NCBI GenBank assembly: GCA_965644315.1
Contig: CBFFRQ010000024.1
Location: 1-64,000 of the forward strand
Length of the DNA stretch: 64,000 bases
Direction of reading: 5' to 3'
Origin: Caecitellus pseudoparvulus
Taxonomy: Eukaryota > Protista > Bigyra: Bicosoecida
Shown in pieces: positions 49,695 to 60,606 of this stretch. The position numbers and the translations under genes are program-made. Under the pieces are notes generated by a model, which was not told where the DNA came from, did not search any database, and worked only from the letters and a program-made list of their open reading frames with translations. Every line of letters starts with the position of its first letter. Positions within the stretch are counted from its first letter, which is position 1.

Positions 49695-50069
49695 GCCAGC
49701 TGGTGGAGGCTGCCTGGCCCAGAGGGGAAATGCCGGCGTCCAGAAAGCCAGCCGGCAGGGTGGGCGGGGGTGAATTTGTGCAGTGAGCCAGGCGCTGGGG
49801 GTGCCAGCACTCTGCTCTGGGTTTGTCGATTCGATTTTGCCGTGCGAGGACGGAGCTTGTCCATGCAGCAAGTGCCGCAGTGCAGTCACCACGCACGGCG
49901 CAGTCTGTGCCGGAGCTCACAATGCAAGGCCCACTGAGACTGCCGAAGAATGGCTGTCGGTGCTACCTTGCTCAGTGCCGGCACTGCACAGGCTGCCCGT
50001 GGGGCGCAGTGAGACGGAGGAGGAGGACACAGCAGCGTGCGCCAGCGGCGTTTCGTTGCGCCGAGCAGC
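49695..50069. promoter_or_regulatory. Divergent promoter region OST48/CPSF30
   Basis: Head-to-head start codons ~375 nt apart. Positional inference only. Confidence 0.45.
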
Positions 50070-51899
50070 ATGGCCACTGCCCAGCTCAAGGCGCCATACA
50101 CGTTCCCGACGGACTCCCTGTCCAAGCAGCACTTCAACTTTGAAAGTGCCATTCCCACGCCGGAGCAGGAGATCTGGGCCGTCAAGAAGCGCTCGTCAGA
50201 GGGCAGGCCCAAGAAGGACGTCGTGTGCCGCTTCTGGCTCAATGGCCGCTGCATGAATGCCAGCCGCTGCGTCTTCCTGCACGTCGTGCGTTGCCTGCCG
50301 TGAAGCTCCCTGCATGCGCTGTACTCCTCACACGCACGCCTTCCCCCCCTGCTCTGCCAGTACGACGAAAGCCGCCTGCCAGAGTGCAAGCTGGCTGACC
50401 GGTGCACAGAGCCAGGCTGCCCCTTCGGACACGTGAAGGAGGCTGACAAGCCGGAGTGTGTGAACTACCGCCGGGGCTTCTGCGTGCAGGGGGCCATGTG
50501 TCGGTACCGCCACAGCAAGCTGAACGCGGAGGCCATGCCACTGCTGTCGGACCTGTACACGGGGGAGGGCACGACATGGAAGGAGATGCAAGCAGCTATG
50601 CAGGCAGCTAGCCGCGCCCACCACGTGGGGCACACGACAGGCAACGCCTTGCAGGACCTGCAGGCGCGCTACGAGGCTGAGGGCGCCAGTCGGCAGCTGC
50701 CAGACCTGCACAGCCGCCCCTCGTACTTCCTCGTCAAGGCGTCCTCCCCCACCGCCTTGGCAGTGGGCATGAAGGGGGGCCATTGGCTGGTGAACGAGGC
50801 CCAGGCCAGCGCAGTGGCAGCAGGGCAGAAGGGCACCGGGCCTGCGACTGAGGAGGACAGCAAGCCCCCTGCCGTGTTCCTGTTCTTCTCCATCTGGGGC
50901 TCCAAGCACTTCCAGGCTGTGGCGGAGGTGACGGGTGCGGCCGGCGAGCCAGACGCCGAGTCAGGCTTGCGGCAGCTGCCCCTGACCTTCCACCGCACCT
51001 TCGCCCTGCCCCTCGTGGACACCCTGCGCCTGCCCAACTCGGCAGCAGGCAGGCACCCCCTGCCGTTCTTCCCGCACTGGGGCAAGGCCTCGCGAGAGGC
51101 GGGGCGTGCGCTCATGCTGCTCAGCTACGAAGCGCCGGAGGTGAGGGTGGACCTCGACAAAGCTCAGGGGCCTCTGCGCGTGGACCTGCCGTCGGGCATC
51201 ACAGAGGACCTGGGGCTGCCTGTGCCGGGTCCGGGGCACGCCCCGCAACCTCCCGTGGCAGCCCAAGCAGCGGCGGCGGCGGCCAATGTGCCGCCCAGGC
51301 AGATGGCAGAGGCCATTGCCCGTGCCTTTTCAGCACAAGGCGTGTTCCTCTTCGAGAGCGGCTCGGAAGCTGTGCAGGAGGCGCTGCAGCGGGGGCTCGT
51401 GGGCGGCGCCCGGCGCCACACAGAGACCGCCAAGCGCCACATCCACCCCGGCGTGGGCATCCTCATCCTGGATGTGCAGCGGCGCCTGCTGGTGGGGCTG
51501 CTGCGGGCGACGTCTCCCCCTGGCCTGCATGCGCGGGGAGCGCTGGTGAGTCCCCAGACTGAGTGCCCTGACGGCGCTGATGTGCAGGTGAGGGTGGAGC
51601 CGGTGGCGCGGTGCCAGCCAGCGGCACCCCCCGTGTACCAGCACCTCATCGGGCCACAGACACACACGGGGCTCCTGCCGCCACAAGTCGGCTTCGGTGT
51701 CGCCATGGAGTTGCTGCGGTCCCTGGATATGGCTGCACTCCGGCAGGCGTTTGAGGGGGTTGGCGGGGGGGGCATGGCCCCACCTGCTCCCCACCGAGGG
51801 GGGGGTGGGCCCCCGCCGGGCAGGGGCTTGCACGTGCAGCGCAGGCAAGGCAGGCGTGGGGGGCACCCGGGAGGGCGCCACCACGGCGGGCGGAGGTGA
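50070..51899 (+). CDS. CPSF4: CPSF30/CPSF4 (three CCCH fingers) fused to YTH-like and DCD-like domains
   Basis: VVCRFWLNGRCMNASRCVFLH|intron 50286-50360|YDESRLPEC..CPFGH..ECVNYRRGFCVQGAMCRYRH. YTH-like SYFLVKASS..GHW..VFLFFSIWGSKHFQAVAEV. DCD-like GVFLF..EALQRGLVG..IHPGVGILILDVQRRLLVGLLRATS..VQVRV. Confidence 0.85.
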
Positions 51900-52074
51900 C
51901 GTGGGCTGTGTTTTCTGCGCCGCAAGCTGGCAGGGACGCTGGGCCAGCACACCGCATACCTCACAATGCACTGCATGCCACACAATCCCACTGGTCCACG
52001 TGCAGCCCAGGAAACGTTTTGGCTGCACAGTCCACCTTTGCATGCTGCCAGCTCGCGGCTGGCTGCCCGCGCGA

Positions 52075-53650
52075 TGCCGAAGCGAGGCCGCGATGGTGCG
52101 GAAATTCGCCCAGGCGCCGCCGGATCAGGCGGCGGCAAGCCTGCCGCACTGACGCCAAGCGCCTTTCACACCCTGCCACTGCCCAAGCCATCGCACGCTG
52201 CGATTCAAAGCATTGTCATGCGCCTCATCTTCGGCGCAGAGCAAGCGTCCAAGCAGCACGGCAGGTGTGAGTGCCACTGCGTCGCAGCTGCAAATGCTTC
52301 CCAGCCCGCACGTCTGGCGCACGGGCCGAGACTATTACAGACCTCGGGCGCCAGCCGCGCCTGCCAGGCCCGCTCGCCATTGGCCTAGACAAGCAGGCCA
52401 TTCACACGCACGTGCTGACGTCAGAGTACGAGCTGTGCGAAAAGTCTGACGGCGAACGGCGCATGCTGCTGGCGCTGCCGTCAGACCACGCGTCGGGGTG
52501 AGTGCCGCATGTGCGCCAAGCCCCATGCTTGACCCGGCAGCGTAGAACCATGCGCTTGTCGTATTGCAGGCTATCGGGTGTGTTCTTGCTGAATCGCAGC
52601 TTTGTCCCAGAACAGATCCCCCAGGCTGAGACATACAGGGAGATGCTGGCGCCAGCGGGCAGTGGCCCCACGCTGCTGGATGGGGAGCTGCTCCTGCACA
52701 CGCCACAGGAGCTGCAAGAGGAGTTGCGGTCAGGGCGAGCGGGGCGTGTCCTGAGCGGCATGGCTGGCGAGACGCCTGCTAGCCGGGCTGGTGCGGCCCC
52801 CATGGGCGCGACTTACCTCATGTTCGACGTCGTGACGCTGCGAGGGCGCGACGAAGGCGGCAAGGACTACAGGCAGCGCCAGTGTGCCCTGGGTCAGGCC
52901 CGTCTGTGGTACAAAGAGGCGGCACACGCCTTTACGAAAACGGGTGGGGCGGCGCTGCCGCTGCTGCTCATGTCCAAGACCTTCATGCCGCGGAGCAGGG
53001 TGAAGCACATCCTGCAGCACATCCAGAAGCTCACACTGACCTCCAGCAACCGGGCTGTGAAGGTGTACAGCGAGGGCAGTCGCTGCAACCTGAACGACGG
53101 CGTCGTGCTGACGCCGGTGGATGTGACGTACCGGCAACTGCTGCGACAGGCTGGCGCCGTCGCCACAGCGCCCCTGCTCAAGTGGAAGTGGCTGGATGAC
53201 ATCACCATTGACTTTGCCATCCGGGCGGCAGACTTCCCGGGGGTGCCAGTGCCAGGTCAGCCCCACCTCGTTCAACTTCCACTGCACCTGCACGTGAACG
53301 GCAGCCAGCACACCCGGGTGACTCAGGCGACGCTGCCTGCGGCACAGGCCGCGCAGATGGAATCCAGCGCAGGGCAGAGCGACCCCCTCATCGTGGAGTG
53401 TGCCCATAGTGGCGGCACGTGGGTGGTTGTGCGGCGCCGGCCTGATAAGAACATCGCGAACCACACCAAGGTGGGCTGGCACAGCATGGAGCTGCTGGCG
53501 GAAGGCCTCAGCGACACCCGACTGGTGGAGCTACTTGGTGCTGGCAACAGGGCAGGGGCGGCACAGGGTCAGGCTGTGCCACCCACCACAGCGGCTGCAG
53601 CCGCGGCAGGGGCGCCTGTGCTTGGGAAGGGGGGTGCTGCACACGGGTGA
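52075..53650 (+). CDS. CEG1: mRNA capping enzyme, stand-alone guanylyltransferase (NTase plus OB domain)
   Basis: LPGPLAIGL, motif [56 protein letters not shown]. Introns 52267-52340 and 52498-52569. Confidence 0.88.
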
Positions 53651-53806
53651 GCGGCGCAGGTGGACCCGCCCGGCACTTTCCACACGCCGACGCACCCTGC
53701 ACGTGCACCAGGCACAATACAAGACTTGCACACCTTTCAGCAAGGAGCCATCACCAGTGTGCCTGCCCTGAGTGTGTACCAGTCCACAACACATCCACAT
53801 CGAGCC

Positions 53807-54698
53807 ATGGCAGCCCAAATGCCGGAGGGCAAGCGGGCGGCCAAGGCGCCGAGGACGCAGGAAGAGAAGGACACCACGCCACATGTGGTCATCATCCTGG
53901 AACAGGCTGCCGTGGAGGTGGTCAAGACCAAAAAGGTGCGGCGCCCAAGGCCTGTTCTGTGGCACGCGAAACGCGCGTGAAACGGAGAGCGCCCCCACTG
54001 CAGGGCTACGAGCTGCTGAACTGCGACGAGCACCACGGCATTCACAAGAAGTACAAGAAGGACCCAGCAGAGAGTCGTCCTGACATCCTGCACCAGTGCT
54101 TGCTCACGCTGCTGGACAGCCCGCTGAACAAGGCAGGCAAGCTGCAGGTTTACGTCCAAACCAAGAACCGCACGCTCATCGAGATCAGTCCCCACATCCG
54201 CATCCCCCGAACGTTCAAGCGCTTCGCGGGGCTCATGGGTGCGTGCTGTGCTGCGGTGTGCCGCGCCCAGGCGCAGGGCAGGCACTGGCCGCCTTGCTCC
54301 CCGCGCAGTGCAACTGATGCAGAAAATGCGCATCCGGGCGGCAGACTCCAACCAGACCCTCATGCGCATCATCAAGAACCCAGTGACCGCCCACCTGCCC
54401 ACTGGTGCACCCATCTACGGCACACACATGAAGGGGGAGCTGGTGGACCCCTTGGAACTTGCAGCGTCACTGCCGAACGGGCCGGTGTGTTTCGTGTTCG
54501 GAGCCATGTCCAAGGGCTTCATCTCGGGCGAAGACTGCGAGAAGCTGTACTCCTTCAGCCAGTACCCAGTGCGTGGGGCGCGTGCCTGTGCAGCGGCGCA
54601 CTTGAAACGCACACTCACGCCCTCCTCCGCAGCTGTCGGCATCCGTCGCACTCAGCCGCCTCATGCAGGGCTTCGAGCACAAGTGGGGCATCTTGTGA
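53807..54698 (+). CDS. EMG1: 18S rRNA pseudouridine N1-methyltransferase Nep1/Emg1 (SPOUT), 4 exons
   Basis: [77 protein letters not shown]. Three GT-AG introns. Confidence 0.97.
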
Positions 54699-54852
54699 AG
54701 AAATGGCAAGGTTTTGTATTGCTTGGGGTTTGGCCCCACGCTCAAACTGCACCCTGTGCTCCACAACGCGCAAGGCACACTCCCTCAACAAATGCAGCGA
54801 GCTACGGTCGACCAGAAGAGCCGCGCTCCGCAATTGAGCTGTGCAGCGTGAA

Positions 54853-54860
54853 AATGCATT
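54853..54860. terminator. Candidate bidirectional polyadenylation signal (AATGCATT) between convergent genes
   Basis: Lies between the EMG1 stop (54698, +) and the stop at 54910 (-). A second AATGCA is at 54791-54796. Confidence 0.45.
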
Positions 54861-54909
54861 CAGTCAGGCTGCAACCTTGGTTTGTTCGGGCTGCCCTCAG
54901 GAGTGCTGC

Positions 54910-56496
54910 TCAGAGCTTGCCCTTGGCGGCGATAGAGCTCGAATGTGACTCTGCTGCGCTGCTGTCCGTCCAGGCTGTGCCGTGGGCGCCCGTCAACACG
55001 CGCCACAGCAGCGGCCACACGGCACTGCACAGGCTTTGAGTATCTAGAGGAGTAGGACACGCGCCGTGGTCCAGCAAACAAGCTTTCTGGACTTGTTGCA
55101 TGAGTGCCTGCACACTTGCCTGCGCCGGAAGGTGGTGGGCCACCCCCGTCACAAAATGGGGCGCATGCACCACTGCAATGGTCGCTAGCTGCACTGCATC
55201 TGCCAAGGCCTGTCGCCCATCGGCGTCTGTCAGCTCATGAAGTGGGTAGGCTCGCGTCGGCACTTCACGGGCGTGGGGGCGGCCAATTGTGAGGCGGTCA
55301 CTTGGCGGAGCAGCGAGGTGTGCCTCACACGCCTGCCGCAGCGTCTCAAACACATGCCCCAGCACAGCCTGCATACCTGCCTGTGGAGACACAGCAGCCG
55401 CTGCCACACACGCAGCTGCCAGACTGGCGCTTTGCTGCAGGGAGGTGGACTCTGCTGCAGCCTCTCGCGCTGCCAGGCGCAGTGCCACCCACAGGCAGCT
55501 GTGAAACGAATCTGAAATGCCCACGCCCTCACTTGCTGCACCTGCACAGCGCATGCCGAGAAGAGTCACCAAGCGGTGTCGGTGACGCCGCCGGAAACGC
55601 AGCATGCAGTCCGGTTGCGCCAGCTCGCCCAGCAGCCCACAGGAAGCCCCCAGCAGACGGCACTGCACTGCACCCTGCAGTGGCCGCTGGTGGGACCACC
55701 CTGGCAGGAAGGAGTATGCCCCACAAGCCGCCTGCAACATGTGCAGGGTTTGCAGGGAGTGTGCCGTCCCTGGTGCCAGCCAGACAGGCGCTGCCTCAGG
55801 AAGTGGTGGTGCATCTCGCACCGCCTGCAAAGCACGCTCCCCGAAGGCTGCCAGAGCACGTGCTTGCGAGTGCTTGTGGGTCACGGTACTGCGACACCAG
55901 GCAGTGCCGGCAGCGCCCAGCACATCCCACACCGCAGTCTGCGAGGCACTGCCGCTGAAGCGAAAGCTGGACATGAAACTCCGCACCAAGTCATCCTGGC
56001 TCATGTTCAAACGAAGAGCAGAGGCAAGCAGAAAGGTGGAAGTGTCGCCTTGCGCCTGGGCCGCCTCTGACGCCTGCCAGCGCAGGCCTGCTCGCACGAC
56101 ATGTCGAGCAGGCACCTGGTCCGCCGCTCGCTCCAGGACCAGGATGTCCCGCACTCGAGATGCAGCAGCAATGCATGCTTCTCCTCGAGCGTACACCCCG
56201 CCATGCACTGTGTTACTAAGCCAGGCTTGCAGCTCCCCAGCAGTGTGGCATGCAGCAGCTGAGATGCCTGCAGAGTCAGCTCCTGGAAGGCTTGGCGTTT
56301 CGTCGCGAAACGCGAGCCCAGACCGTGTGCGCTGCCTTGCAGCAAAGAAGTGATCACTCCCAGTGCCGTAGCGACGCGCACATACTCCTGAAGGAATGAA
56401 GCTTGGAACCTGCGCCTGTGTCCGTGCAATCAGCTTCCCAGCCTGCTGCGAGGCAGAGCACCAAGTGGCCCACCGAGCCAAGCAAGCCAAGGCCAT
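54910..56496 (-). CDS. Hypothetical alpha-helical protein, possible mitochondrial targeting peptide
   Basis: Uninterrupted ORF of ~528 aa from gccATG-like start at 56496. The N-terminus is Arg/Ala/Ser-rich and lacks acidic residues (..CARRYGT). Confidence 0.55.
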   Translation of the reverse strand: MALACLARWATWCSASQQAGKLIARTQAQVPSFIPSGVCARRYGTGSDHFFAARQRTRSGLAFRDETPSLPGADSAGISAAACHTAGELQAWLSNTVHGGVYARGEACIAAASRVRDILVLERAADQVPARHVVRAGLRWQASEAAQAQGDTSTFLLASALRLNMSQDDLVRSFMSSFRFSGSASQTAVWDVLGAAGTAWCRSTVTHKHSQARALAAFGERALQAVRDAPPLPEAAPVWLAPGTAHSLQTLHMLQAACGAYSFLPGWSHQRPLQGAVQCRLLGASCGLLGELAQPDCMLRFRRRHRHRLVTLLGMRCAGAASEGVGISDSFHSCLWVALRLAAREAAAESTSLQQSASLAAACVAAAAVSPQAGMQAVLGHVFETLRQACEAHLAAPPSDRLTIGRPHAREVPTRAYPLHELTDADGRQALADAVQLATIAVVHAPHFVTGVAHHLPAQASVQALMQQVQKACLLDHGACPTPLDTQSLCSAVWPLLWRVLTGAHGTAWTDSSAAESHSSSIAAKGKL

Positions 56497-56797
56497 GCTG
56501 CGCCGGCGCTGCAAAGCAGAGCACCTGGCTTTCTGCGAAAGCGTGAGTCAAGACAGTACCCATAGGATCTGCTTTTCCTCGGTTGAATGGCGGCGCTTGC
56601 AAAATTGAACGCATTGAAGTCCAGCATTCACTGATCTTTTGCTTTTGTGGACTCATAAGGCACCATCGCTTCGCAAAGATGGTGCTTCAAACAAAACTCC
56701 TAGAATTGAAACACGGAGAGCCGATTGTGCTTGCGTCGCAACTCAGCCCAGTATACAAGGCAGCACACCCCTTCTTACCGCTTTGTCAGTGTCAGCC

Positions 56798-57715
56798 ATG
56801 CGGGGCCACGCGCTGCGTCTGCTTGGCGTGGTGTGCCTGGTTGCGGCTTTTGATGCTTGCGTTGCTGGCGACTTTGCAGTGCCGCCCTTCTTCCGGGCGC
56901 TGCAGCTGACGTCGCCCCCGACCAATGGAAGTGACGTGTTCATCTTGCAGAACCTGCTGCGCCGTGTGGCGCCAAAGTTCAAGGACCTGCCCACAGACAG
57001 CTCCTTCGGCAGCGCGACAGCCAAGGCGCTGCTGGAGCTGCAACTGCGCTCACACCTGCCAGGCACTGGCGTGCTGGACGCGGCCTCTGCACGGGCGGTG
57101 CTGGAGCAGCTCTCAGAAGACGGCTATGTGGACGATGGGCGCACTGCGGGGGAGCAAGGGTACCTGTACAAGGTGTTCATTCCCGTGTACCGCAACCGCA
57201 GCATTGAGACGGAGGGCTCCTTGTTCAACGCAGCAGGGCAGCACGTGCTGAACTTCACAGCCAGAACACACGGCATTGTGTTCGGGGGCAACAACACCTG
57301 GCCCAGCTTCAACAGCTCTGGCTTCGGCCTGAACGCCTTCAGCAGCAGCGGCAACACACCCACGGGGCTGTTCAAGCTGGACCTGAATTCGCCCGAGGAC
57401 ATTCCGCGCGAATTCGGCCCCTACCCCGTCAACCGAGTCGTGCAGGGGCTGGCGGGCAATGGCGCCTGGCTGGTGCCTAACATTCGTGACGGGCTGCTCA
57501 TCCACACGGGGGAGTGGGCTCAGTACAGCCCCTGGCACCCCCCCCTGCCCATGCCCAACTCGCACGGCTGCATCCACACCTGGCCCCATAGCGTGTACGA
57601 CATCTGGCAGCGCCTGACGCTGGACATGGGCGTGAAAGTGCGCCCCAACACCAACGGCGCGCTTCCCTACCCGTACAAGTCCCAGGGACTGCTGTCAGTG
57701 CAGCTCATGGACTGA
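56798..57715 (+). CDS. Secreted peptidoglycan-binding domain plus L,D-transpeptidase (YkuD-like) catalytic domain protein, intronless
   Basis: Signal peptide. PG_binding_1-like GSDVFILQNLL..DSSFGSATAKALLELQ..LPGTGVLD. GNTPTGLF and GLLIHTG-x16-NSHGCIH, the His/Cys motif of YkuD enzymes (Cys codon 57569-57571). Confidence 0.82.
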   Translation: MRGHALRLLGVVCLVAAFDACVAGDFAVPPFFRALQLTSPPTNGSDVFILQNLLRRVAPKFKDLPTDSSFGSATAKALLELQLRSHLPGTGVLDAASARAVLEQLSEDGYVDDGRTAGEQGYLYKVFIPVYRNRSIETEGSLFNAAGQHVLNFTARTHGIVFGGNNTWPSFNSSGFGLNAFSSSGNTPTGLFKLDLNSPEDIPREFGPYPVNRVVQGLAGNGAWLVPNIRDGLLIHTGEWAQYSPWHPPLPMPNSHGCIHTWPHSVYDIWQRLTLDMGVKVRPNTNGALPYPYKSQGLLSVQLMD

Positions 57716-58023
57716 AGTTATCTGAAGCACAGCTTCAGCGTGGTTCACTAGCTGCCGCGGCAGGGTGTGTGGGAGGCAGCGGCAGCGCTGCTGCTGCCTG
57801 TACTTTGCTTGACCCACGTGCAGGCGCATGCCAGGCCTGCCAGGCAGACTGGGTCACCGTGGTGGGCAATGACGCCACAAAATGCAATTTGCATCAGTCA
57901 ATGTGGGACTGCGTGCCCATGCTATATTGCACAGTCCCAGGAGCTCGCTGCCCTGCCAACTAAGCAGCGCAGTGCAAGGTGCCGCCGTTGCAACGCCACT
58001 GAAACGCACGCCCAGCGACCGCC

Positions 58024-60606
58024 ATGGCCGATGTCGCCTCCAGGGCGGACCAAGTGGCGGGACTAGTGGCTGCTCTGAAGGCAGGCGAGATTACGAAAGA
58101 TGAGATGTTCGCGAGGCTGTCCAAGATCAGTTCTGGCATGCCCGCTGCCGCCCAGGACAGCGAGCACGTTGGCGCGCCGCAACAGGCCAGTGCCGGGGAA
58201 GATGCCAAGGTTTGTCCCGCTCCACGCAGTGCAAGCAACTATCGCAGTGCAAGGTAGGATGTTTTCATATCCACGCACCCCTTTCGTCACTTGTGCAGAT
58301 CGCCACAACGGATCGGAAGGCCATGATCGAGGTGCGTGCAGACGCGCCAGCGTTTCGGCGCCCTGCCACCGCGCACGTCTCCACCCCCCGCTCGCCGCCC
58401 ACAGCAACTGCTCGAGAAGAAGCGCCGCGAAAGGGGCGTAGAGGAGCAGTCCTCTGCCGTGCAGGTGCCCCCCACGCCACACCGCGAACCGGAGCCAGCT
58501 GCTGGCCAACCGCCTGCCCAGTCAGCCCCCCCTCCTCCCCTGCCTGACTCGGAGCCGTCCACGCCCCACCAGCGCGTGTCACCGCCCAGCACGCCGGCGG
58601 CCTTCCCACCACCCCCTCCTCCGCCCCCCAACGTGGATCCAGCTGCGTACTACGCGGCCTATGCCGCCGCCATCGCACAGGCCACCGGCGGCCGCAGCGC
58701 AGTGGAGGGCAGCACGGCGACGCCCCCTGCCACTGAGACGGCAGCCCCCCCCGTGGAAGCCACCTCCCCAGCCACCACGGCAGCCACGTCTTCCTCCCCT
58801 GCCCGAGTCAACGCCACCCGGGAGCGCCGCCGCCGCCGCTCCTCTGCCGCCCAGGCCATGGCATCCGACCCCAACCTGGCCGAAGCTGTGTCCGCCCTGG
58901 AAGCCATCCCCTTCCAGGAGCGCCAGCGGCAGTGGCAGGCACACAAGGACGCCGAGCGACGGCGGCGGGAAGAGGCAGCGCGCCAGGCTGAGCTCGCCGA
59001 GTGCTCCTTCGCCCCCAACACCAGCGCAACGGGCAAGCGCCGGGCACCGGGGACTGCCTCGTCACGCCAGCGCCAGCGCCGCGGCAGTGGCGCCAGCGCA
59101 CAGGGCGGCAGCGTGCACGCCCGTCTGCACAGCAGTGAGACGCCCGCCTCCCAGGGCAAGCGGCGGCCTGCTGCGCGGCAGCGGTACGACCACCGTGCCG
59201 AGGCTGAGGCAGCGCCGGCGGAGGGGGGTGGCCGGGCGGCCTGGGTGTCTGTCAGCAAGAACGCCCACGGCAAGCCGCCTCGCATGTCCCTGGAGGCGCG
59301 GGGGGCGGGCGGCCACCGCGGCCTGACCACGGCAGAGGAGCGCGAGCTGGAAGAGTGCACCTTTGCCCCCGCAGTGAACCCCGACAAGGGGCGCCACTCA
59401 GCCACCCCTGTGCGCAGCAGGTACTTGGAGGGTGTGGGTGGGCGGTCTGGCAGCTCTGCTCGCCGTCGGAAGCCCCCCATCCCCAGCGGCCTGGAGCAGT
59501 GCACCTTCACGCCCAAGATCAACGCCAGCCGCGGACCAGCGCGGCGAGCTGATGGCTCTGTGTTTGAGCGCCTGGCCTCGGGGCGCCGGCCAGCCTCCGC
59601 TGCTCGGGCGCGTCGAGGCGGTGCCAAGGACACGCCCGCTGCCCAGCGACCTGGGCGCAGTGGTCTGCCCCCTCGCTCGGCCTCCGCCGCTCGGCGGGAT
59701 GAGCCCATTCCCCAACGAGACGCCAGTGCGGTGGGCACACCCTCCGCCCGGGTGGGGCAACCGGGTCCACCCGTCATGGACATGGAGTCCTTCTTGGCCG
59801 CCATGCAGGGGGGGGGCGAAGATTCGGCCGCGCCAGGCAGTGCCGGCCGTGCCGGAAGTGTCGGCAGCCGAGCGTCCTCCACTGGTACCCGAGGCAAGCG
59901 CGGCGTCGTGCTGAGCAAGGAGGAGTACGAGAAGCGGTTCGCAGGGTTCCTGGCGCGGCAAAGCGCCGCCGACAAAGCTCGCCAGCGCAAGCTGCAGCAG
60001 GTGGAAGCCTCCACCCGGCCCCAGCATCGCCCTGCTCTGTGTGCCAAGAGCCTGGAGCTGGTGGAAAAGACGCAGCAGGGCAGCTTTCTGGACCGCGTCT
60101 CGCGGTCTGCCGTGCGGCAGGAGCAAAGCGCCCTGCAGCAGCGTGCGGCGGTGGCGCTGGACCCCGAGTGCACCTTTGCGCCCCGCATCAACCCCTCCTC
60201 GCGCAAGCGGCCTGCCCGCACAGCCTCGGAGATGTCCGTGGGGGACGCCCTGAAGAAGGAGGCCACGCTGCGCATGATGCGCCTGCGCAGCGAGCAGGAG
60301 TCCCTGGACGGAGTCACCTTCAAACCCGCCATCAACCCCAACAGCGCCGCTGCACAGGGCCGCCTGCGCATCCAAGACGACCCTGACAGCTACGTGGCGC
60401 GTGTGCAGGAGGCTGCCGCGCTGTCCTCTCAACGCGCGGCGCTGGCCAAAATGGAGACCTCCCGGTCCGAGCTGGCTGACTGCACGTTCAAGCCTGTGGT
60501 GCATGACGCGCCCATGTTTGTGAAACGCATCGCGCAGAGCATGGCCCTCACCAAGGCAGTGCGCCCGCCGCCGCCCGAGGAGAGCAAGAAGCCTGACTGG
60601 AGGTGA
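58024..60606 (+). CDS. Low-complexity protein with six (E/D)CTFxPxIN-type repeats, probably microtubule/cilium-associated
   Basis: gccATG at 58024, donor gccaag|gtttgt. Repeats ECSFAPN, ECTFAPAVN, QCTFTPKIN, ECTFAPRIN, GVTFKPAIN and DCTFKPVV, interspersed with SVHARL/SVFERL. Confidence 0.75.

Noticed and set aside
52075-53650. Viral (NCLDV) origin of the capping enzyme or an endogenous viral element
   Set aside because: The gene has spliceosomal introns and host-like composition. No capsid, integrase, polymerase, terminal repeats or GC shift are nearby.
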